This document shows positions 55,001-64,000 of a stretch of 64,000 nt of DNA, piece by piece (the stretch's first letter is position 1; the number at the start of each line of letters is the position of its first letter). The stretch lies in NCBI GenBank assembly GCA_965649765.1, contig OZ287755.1:3534001-3598000 (forward strand), read 5' to 3'. The DNA is from Bispira polyomma. Taxonomy: Eukaryota. A model generated the notes under the pieces. That model had not been told where the DNA came from. It did no database searches and saw only the letters and a list, made by a program, of their open reading frames with translations. The translations under genes and the position numbers were made by a program.

Positions 55001-56829
55001 GCTCCCCAGCACTGAGAGCCTCAGTTGCCAAGAAGTTTTAGTGCTTTTAAATGAAACCAAAGTCCCACCCACCACAGGACCCTTATATTAATGTTTTAAT
55101 ATATTATGTTTATTGTAGTCTTCACATCATTGTACGTACGGTGTTATATTATGTGAAGGGGGCATTTTGTCAAAACATATCTATATATTATAACAAAACA
55201 CGTAGTCTAATAAAGTAGTCTCCCAACTCTCATCTTTTTTAATTCATCCTCACGAGATCTCATCTCTACTCTCACGAGTTTTCATTAAGGGCACGAGATT
55301 GACTGATTACCCAGGACCACTCTGCCTGGGACCAGATAGCTCCAGCTCTACAAGCTCTCATCAACCCCCTACTACTTCCTAGTTGGGCCTTGGTGGTTAT
55401 TTCTCTTATTTACTATACATTTAAAATCTATTATTTTATGACTTTCTAATTTAATTAAGGCTACCTTATAGTTATAAACATATGGTAACCTTAACAAGAG
55501 CAATGTAAGGCTAAGGCCAGTTTAGAAGCATGTCAAGGCTTAAGGTAACCTTAACTTAATAAAATTAAAAGTTAAATTTTTCACTGTAAGTTTACCCTAA
55601 CCTAGTCGACTTAAAGTCACGCTTAATGTGCACTTGGACTAAGGTTCCATAAATTTCACTAAGGTGGCCCTATTCTCATTAAACAAAGTCTTAAACCGGT
55701 ATACATATGCTGTAGAGCTAGATAAAAGATATATCTAAACTGCGTATCATATTGAAGGTCACATATCAAATCCAAGGTCAGGGTACTAAGAAACATCAAT
55801 TAGTTTTCAGAAATAGCTATTTTACAGCATTTGTGTGTTAATGTTGAGTGCTTATTATGAAAAATACTTAAATGCATATATAGGTTCATCATTACATTTG
55901 TCAGTATCTCAAAATAAATTAGAATGTTATTGCATTATTTAATGTTGTTATTTATTTATTCATTAGTTTTGGTATATAACATGGAAAATATGTATAATAT
56001 TACTGTTGCAAATGTAAAGGAACGAAAACAAAAGAGCATTATATTATTATATTGTTAAGAGTTATAACACATTTACATCCATTATCGTGCAATTCGTGTC
56101 AACATCTAAGCATTACAATAGGTTAATAAGTGCTGCTTACATTGATTTATCACATCCTTTGATACCAATAATAAAGGTATCAATGTGGTATCAAGAGCAC
56201 CCTGATGTCATATTGTACAACAAATGACATGTAATTACTTTCAAGTGTCAGCTAATTGCAACATGATAACTAAAGTCAAGGCCGCATTGTCTTTATAACA
56301 ACACTGTTTGATAGGTGTCTTCTAAAGAGAATGTTAAAAAATGGAAATGTCAACACACATCCAGTAAGGCATATCCTATTTTTAAATTAGTCTTTTCTAC
56401 GGTAGACTACATTTTCTTGTTACAAAATAAAAATATCATTGGTTGCTCTCCACAGTATTTCAAGAAATAGTCTCACTGCTATGTAAAAAAATTATCATGC
56501 TTAAACTTAAAGATATAAGTTAAAAACAAACAAAGTAAAAATCCAAAGAAGATGTACAATTGGGTCACAGAAAATAAAAATATAAAAAGAATAACTTCCA
56601 TGTACTTTCGAGAATTTTCTAATGAAATCTTTAAAAAAAAAAAACTTTAACCAACAGAATTACATTTGGAAAAGATATCATTACTCTTTGATTTACGGAT
56701 TGATTGACAACAAACTAGCCATAATAAGATGTCCACCGCTTCCATTTAACGACTCCACAGTGTTGTGAAATACACCAATCACACAAGTAGTACAATCAAA
56801 ACATAATTACACAATCAAATGTTATTTAA

Positions 56830-57150
56830 TATTTACTTGTAATGTATATCAAATTCAAAAGTCAAACCTTTTGAGCATCAAAATGCTGCCATTACTATAC
56901 AACGCCCCCATGTTTTGGAATAGTCTATCAATTCTAATTGGGCTTAGATCACTAGAAACATTTCTGGTTTAGGAGAAAACTAGGAAAAATAGATATCTTT
57001 AAAATTGCTCCTTTTACTCCCTCTTTAGTTTCCCCTGACAACCTTCCTGACGACCTGGCGATGTTTTTTTCCTGTTGGGTTAATTGATTCTGTTGTTGCA
57101 TTATAAAAGATGCTTCTCATCGATAAGGCGTGTTATCAACGCAAGATACA
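56830..57150 (+). mobile_element. L2 3'-end fragment
   Basis: gcccccatgttttggaatagtct...aagatgcttctcatcgataaggcg resembles the other L2 tails in the window. Confidence 0.5.
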
Positions 57151-57799
57151 GTACTACACATTAACCCAGCATGTCTGATATGTTACAAGTAAACAAGTAG
57201 TCACACCCATTACTGAGCTACTAAGCTGTTTGTGTTAACTCCTACTCATGAGTTATAATCATTGAAAGGAGGGTTTCTTTAACAATAACAAACTACTTTT
57301 CCAAAATAAGCAGGCTGTGTTCTGCGTTTTTCCACAACATTGTTGTATACTGAGTGTAAATACTATGGTTAGGTTATAACCAAGTGTCAACATATATTTA
57401 TCATTTTTATTTACTGGAGTGGACTTTTTAGCAGTATAATGGCCTTGTCAACTGTACAAACTCCTTGATTGTGTGCGTGATTTTTAAAATGTAAATGTTG
57501 CCTGCACACAAGTTCTCAGAATGGGGATCAAACGGCGATTTAGAACTTGGACATTGTAATCGCCACATTAGGGGAGTAAAAAGTAGCCATAGCCAAATTA
57601 CTGCACCCTGTGATCGAACATGTAATCGAAAATGACAAACTGCTTCATCTTATTGCAACAAACTTTCACAGGCCCCACCAACCCCAGGGGAAGAAAGCTC
57701 AAAGACACATAAATTGAGCTTACTATTTTTATTATACATAAAATTGAGGTTATTGCTACTACTACAATATATTTACACATCCATTAAGTATACATGTTA

Positions 57800-60700
57800 A
57801 GTTCATTATACACATTGAATTAGTACATTATGTATACTGATAAACCTTTAATTAGTACATTATTGATTCTGACAACCTTAACTCAACACTTAATCTTTCA
57901 AGTTAAGGTTGGTTTGACAGTAAACTATGATTACCTTAACATCACTTTAAGGAGACCTTAATGTTCCCTTGATTTAAGACATAATGATACAATTCACTTT
58001 AAGGTAACATTAACATATGTATAATTTGGAAATATTGAGTAATAAGTAAAATTCATGAACAGTAATAGCATAACATAACAGTAAAATTTCCCTCAAGCCC
58101 AACAGTAGTGTAGTGCTGCATTTATGTAGTTATTTGTCTAATATGGATTGAAACGAACGAGCTACTTGCTCCCCCAAGTTGTGGTCTGCCTGGATGTACC
58201 TCCACACACAATTCGACGTCCAGGTGCCATGATGTTTGATCTGTTGTATTGGTATATTTGCATTATAAGCAAATGTAGCACCTGAACGTCGGAAGGTGTG
58301 GAACGTAAAGTAATGCGGGTCCAGACCCAATTGTACATTGAGTCTAGACAAAGATTTCCTAATACGGGTATCCGTAAGCACTTGCCAACCTGCAACAGTT
58401 CTGCACTGGAACAAGGGCTCATGTTGCTGAGGATTATACAACTGAAACACATCCTGCAAGGCTCTGTATGGACAGAGGTGTGATTCACCTAGCTTGGGGA
58501 GACTAATGACATTGACCTTGTTTCTGTCTTGCATTGTCTTAGTCCATTTTATTAAGACCTTGACCAGAGACTTGGTGAAGAAGACATCGCCCCCTGCCAA
58601 GTGTCTAGTGCTGTCAAAGGTATGCAAAGAATGTGGGGCAAGATTTGAGGCTCTAAAAAAAAAAAAATGCTGTTAGAAATACAGCCTTGAAAACCTTGCC
58701 ATGATGCATTTTTTCACATAATGATATCAAACTTTTTAGTGTTACCACATCCATGATGTTTCTACGTGTTATTGATATGGGTCTATTAATTCTAACTGCT
58801 TTTACAAAGTACTTGATTTTGGGTTGCTCAAGGCACTGATAAGGGAGATCATAAATAATGCATTTTGAATTTATGGCTGATATATAATTGCTAATCATGT
58901 TGACTGAGACTCCACTTACCATCAAACATTCCATAAAGGCCAACACTACCTCAGTATTGAATATCGCTAATTTAACTTTGACATGTAAACCAAATGACAC
59001 AAAGTTCATGAATAACATGCTGTAACATCTTTGGGTCTTTGGTCGAAATGCCTGTTGCAATCTAGCACTTGCCTGACCCGACAGCCTTGCTACCACACTG
59101 TGACCTACAACAAAGTATAGTATCATTAGTTATCAGTATGTGCTGTAGATTATAAGTCATTATCTAATTCTAACATTTCAATACACACAGGAAGCCATAC
59201 TGGCTGTTGCACATACAATAATAATTCACTGTTATTTTCCATTGTATTCTGCCATCTAGACAGGAGATTGGCAGTTCTATTCAGTTTGTCCAGGACATGG
59301 ATGTACTGCAGATCTACATCTGCCAGTGCAGCCAGATACCACACATTCCTGGCACAGGCCCCCAAGAAAGGGTCCCTGGCCCGACCTGACTGCAGCACTT
59401 TCACTACAGCATCATTGTCACATTTAATTAGCACTCATCTACCACTCCAATGTTTGTAAAACAACCTCAAGGCAAGTAATACATTGATCATTTCTAAATG
59501 AACAATATCTAGCTGTTTGTAACCCCTACATATTCCAAGGTGGTATACCATGTCTTTCCATCTTCCCCCCAAACCTGTTAGGCAGGCATCTAGTTCTAAT
59601 ATAAAATCAGCATTTTATGGTCATACATCGCTATGCCATTGTATGTTGGCAGAAATTTAGCAAACCACCTCAACTCCCTAAAGAAGTCTGCAGTCAATTG
59701 AATTTTGCCCCCATGTTGGTTTTTTCTCAAGAGCTCCAGCATCCTGTTTAAGAATAACCTGGCCGGCTTTACACATTTGTGTACATACAGTAGCAGCCCC
59801 AAAAGGGACTGCAACTGCCTAATAGTACAAGTTTTTCGGTTATGCCATTCCTTGACAACTTCATTAATTTTGTGCAACTTATCTTGGGGAATCGAGATAG
59901 TTCCAGTTTCTGTATTAATGAGGACTCCCAAACACACAGCCTGTGTGCTAGGGGGTATCAATTTCTTTGCACTAATCGTGAGACCCAAATTTTCCAACAA
60001 TTGGTATAGGCATTCATAGGACTTCTTTGCTACAGCGGGCGTGCCGTACCCAATATAATCGTCAATGTAGTCCACGACACTGTAACCACGGCAACGCATG
60101 ACATAACGGACACCGCCACTTAATCACTGAAAAATTGGACTTCCGTGTCTACTCCCAAAGGGAAGACACGTGTCAACGTATGTGCCTTTCCATGACAAGC
60201 CCAGCAAGTTGTAGTCACATGGGTCGATCTTTATATGATGAAATGCCCTACTGACATCTATTTTATAAACATGCGAGCCACGGCCTAATTTTCTAAGCTC
60301 ATATGTGATGTGATCTACTGTGGGAAAAGTCAAGCAGAAGTCAGTGCCTAGATAAGTATTCTTATCTACCCATGCATTTACCAAGTGTCCTTCCGGCCAA
60401 CTCAAGTCTATTATCACACATCTATTAACCGACCCTGGCTTGTCTCTAGTCATGAAGGGGAAGTAATGCCCCCCCCTTTATTGGATGTTTGTCAAAAGGG
60501 CCTATAATTGCCCCATGTTTTATTTCTTCATTCAAATAGGCTTCTATGTCTTCAGGGAAATTAACAGCTGACTTGTGGTTTCCCCCCTCTCACACCAAAT
60601 CAGTGTCCCTGTTAAAGTCCAATGGAAAATCATATTCAATGAACTCTAGTATTTCCTGGTCCCAGTAGTCTTTTAATACCAGTTTCCAATGGTCTACCTT

Positions 60701-62950
60701 TAATTGGGAGTTGACAGGTATTCGTGTCTGTTGAAAATTGAATTTGCCAGTTTTGGTGACCTCAAAGTGTGCCTTAATCGGGTCAGTCATTACTGGGGCC
60801 TGAGTTTGAACAATATCATGGTGAAGTGGGTCTGATAATGGAACAAAGCCATAATTAAAGTCAGTTTGTTCTTGCCACCGTCTGTGTGCTAACACCCTGT
60901 TCACTAAACCTGTCACATCTCTATGTTTGTATAATATTGAATGGACAAATTTATCACCCTCACCATTTCTATTTATGTCAAACAACTGGGTTTGTTTCCC
61001 CTTAGCCTTTTGTTTCAATTCACTGCACGTGGTACTACTACTAACTTCATTTGCAGATGTATTGTTACTGGCTAATTGAATCCCATCCCCACAATGTTCA
61101 ATCAAGTCTTTACACTTCTTTTGTTCCCCACCCGTGACTCCCCCCACAACTAGGGAGGGTTTTATGCCCCTACTTGTTATGGTTGGGTCACACTTCGCGG
61201 TTTGTGTACACACTTTCATTGTCTGCTTTACATTGTTGACAATTTGGGGACACTTGCTTTGTTTAAAAACTCTCTCAGTGGCACGTCTGGTTTTGTTGTT
61301 TGTACTAGCTCCCTGAGCATTAACCCAAATTTCTTTCATATCAATTCTAGAGGGGAGTGCACGTACCTAATCCAATTTTCCTTTCTACCTGCTAACAAAG
61401 CCTCAATGTTTTTTTCTGGCAGTTTTTGAATTATAAAAACTTATGGTTCTATAACACTCATGTACATGAGCCTGATTTTTAACATTGAACCTGTCACTGA
61501 GAATCGTGCTTTTAAAACTCTTTGCTATTCTACCTTTTGTAAAGCACATATTACCAACACAGTGATTAAACCTCTGAACACATTTTCTATCAACAACATT
61601 ACATAACACTTGGTGATTCTTGTCTGGAGTATATGCCTCTGATTCCTCATACACAATGCTGCCCACTTTTCTTACTAAAGGTGAGCAGCTGGCTGCTCAT
61701 CTTTTGAATGAAAATTTTTCTTCCCAAACATACAGTCCCTTTCTGGGTGACCACTCACCCTTCCCCTCTCCAGACAAGAAGAACATATATGTTTGTGGAT
61801 TTTGCCACTGTTCTCGTGGTCCTTACTCTGGCTACAAGCCTCAGTTTGATACGCTTTACAATACCAATGTTTACCACCCCGATTAACATCTGAATTTTTT
61901 ACAGTTATTTTTACTTGGTACTACATGCTTTTGTGCATGAGCAAGTCGAATCCTATCTATTCTATGACTATCTTCCCATTTCAGGGCACCCCTTTCAATC
62001 TCACAAAGCAGCACAGCACGTGCTGCTTTAGCTGTCTGCAACGAGAAATCAGTGGCATCCTCCATCAAATCTGACATGTATAGTAACATTTTCTCTTTAA
62101 TATTGGAGTCTTGCTCCTCAACAATATTCTTGGTAAAACCCTGCACCCATTGAGTGAGTGACAACTGTTCATAGGAAATATGCTACCTAGTAGTGCCACC
62201 TAATATTGTTTCTTGGGGCCAGGAGACTTTGCTTTTAACTATTACCTCAATATTACCCCCCCCCCCCCCCTTTTTGATTTAATTTTGTTTGCCCCATCAT
62301 TACCTTTCTGGCTCGTAGACTCAGCCTCTGAAGCACGAACACAAGCATCCACCTGCTTTTGCAGCTCATTTGAACTTCTCAACACAGATAATTTGAGGAC
62401 AATTTCCTCCTCAGAGGATGACTCTGAAGAATCTACTACTTTGTCAACAGTACGTTTTTTACTTTTACTGGTTCTTATTTAAGTAGGCACTACGTAGGCA
62501 CTACTTAACTTAGGATTGTTCTGTGAGGACGATTCTGCTGCTCCTGTTGATTGACCAATTGCCACCTTGTCCTCCCCCAGGTCCAACCATTCATTCACCT
62601 TCCGCAGCTGTTTCAGGATCAGGCGTTGCACATCTTCTTCATCAGATGAAGATCCAGAGTCCATGCTGTTGACATCCGGGTGTCTTTGCTCTTCTTGCTC
62701 TCTGCCCTTGTGCTCCTCGTAGGGGACTTTTCCTTCTGTGGTTTCAAGGCACCAGCAGTGCAGTTCCTTCCCGTAAGGGGGGTAGTGTCTCAACAGACAC
62801 TTATTACATTTTTACTAGGCATTGTTTATGCTCTAGAATTGTTCATATATAGTCCAGTATCTAGAAAGTACACACACACGCATACAACCAGTATGCTGTT
62901 TGAGGCAAATCTAAGCTTGATAGCCAAATTTTAAATAAATTACCCTGTCA
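57800..62950 (-). mobile_element. Ngaro-like YR retrotransposon #3 (gag-RT-RH-YR, frameshifted); ends approximate
   Basis: gag 61700-62793 (MSLTQWVQGF, IDRIRLAHAQKH, WYCKAYQ..C..DH..HICSSC..GH...C); RT 59596-60600 (FPTVD, LPFG, YIDD); RH 59150-59590; YR 58130-59126. Confidence 0.92.
58130..59126 (-). pseudogene. Tyrosine recombinase of element #3 (frameshift in the homopolymer at ~58655-58667)
   Basis: KWTKT, CPYRAL, HTFRRSGA and HGTWTSNCVWRY. Confidence 0.9.
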
Positions 62951-64000
62951 ATTATATATTATATGTAAACATTCCTTTTTAAGAGACCCTTTCGAGTCAA
63001 ATCAAGCATGAGGTTGTCAAAGAGCGTGTGGTAGTGGTATAGAGGTTAATATTCGTTTGTAGAGTAGACACAAACACAAAAAGTCAGGTTAAAAAACTAA
63101 AATATGTAGAATGATAAAAGTGCAGCATATAAAAAGTCCTCAAAAAACACAATTCAATTATTCACATCTGACTTGTCCATTAAGTCAGTTCAAACTGAGA
63201 AAGTATGGGGGGTTTCTTGTAATTAGCCTGGTATCCTACTAATTTTGAATGGGGTTAAGGCCTGACCCCTGTGATGCCTTGACACCACAGACGATTGGCA
63301 GTTTATTTGATGCAAAAGTACATTTGCTGCTCGAAAGAATACCCGGATTAATTTATCATTTGATTATGATGCATTGTTCGTACAAAAATAATTTGGTGAT
63401 GGAGTGGTAACCACTTTCACCTTCCACCTCTTTAGTAAGGGGTTTTATTTTCTCAGCCGTGGTATACAAATTACAGCGGACTAGATATGTATTAATGGCC
63501 TCTAACAGTAGATCAACACAATAATAATATGAAAGTTGGTCTCCTTAAATTCTGACTAAAGTTATGCAAACAAGTAGACAGTAATTCTGTGTATTTAATG
63601 TACAAAACCGAGATATTGATACAGAAGATTTTATCCAGCGAGAAACCACTCAATAAAACCCTACTTGATGATAATAGACACATATATTCATTCTGACCTG
63701 TGACAGGATATGGATATCCCTGAGGTAACAGTACACTGTACATTACCTCATTAACCAGACTCTTGTGTGTCTTTTAATTGTCTGTAATTCAGTTTTCTGG
63801 AACACCAACTGATCAATATCATACCATTGATTATAGACAGTGGAAAATGACTCAACATGGGAAGTATATATTGGAGGCCCTAAACATACATACACATTAA
63901 TCTCAAAATATATCTTGCTGCATCTTTGGGTACAGCAATGATATAAAAAGCATGCAAATGAGAGATATGTAGAGCTTGTCAGTACACTAGAATGTGTGAA

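Larger units (their letters stand above)
49959..55305 (+). mobile_element. Ngaro-like YR retrotransposon #2 with split direct repeats A1...B1-A2-B2
   Basis: A1 49959-49989 matches the start of A2 54879-54909. B1 54751-54878 matches B2 55158-55305. ORF order gag, RT, RH, YR; no methyltransferase seen; no TSD. Confidence 0.93.
46420..55700 (+). mobile_element. Ngaro-like YR retrotransposon #1 (gag-RT-RNase H-YR, degenerate), split by element #2; outer boundaries approximate
   Basis: gag IDRIRRAHAQK + CRYF*KGSC..DH..HVCSMC; RT RRVIIDLS, LPTVDD; RH YCDNQAVV; YR KWTKT..HTFRRSG..SECV.RY, resuming at 55306 with ITQDHSAWDQIA. Confidence 0.88.

Overview
AT-rich, repeat-dense genomic DNA from an animal, probably a marine invertebrate (inferred from the SINE, L2, Tx1 and Ngaro content; the species cannot be determined). 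Two host genes are visible, both on the minus strand. (1) 1-5037 is nine near-identical 566-bp exon+intron units, each carrying a symmetrical phase-1, 174-bp sushi/CCP exon; this gene runs off the left edge. (2) 38495-39607 is a two-exon gene for a 252-aa two-TM protein resembling the KCNMB/CaKB (TipE-like) channel auxiliary subunits. The rest is mostly transposable elements. A TSD-bounded, poly(A)-tailed Tx1/L1 retrotransposon (19715-24740) has an ORF1 ending in a NADAR/YbiA domain fused behind two zinc knuckles; this is the most novel signal in the window. There are at least six tyrosine-recombinase (Ngaro/DIRS) retrotransposon copies. One, with A1...B1-A2-B2 split repeats, is inserted immediately after the catalytic Tyr codon of another copy's recombinase. 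Also present: several L2 LINE fragments, tRNA-derived SINEs with TSDs, two TIR MITEs, a solo LTR and a tandem LTR-LTR junction. All protein family calls come from motif recognition by eye, not from database searches.
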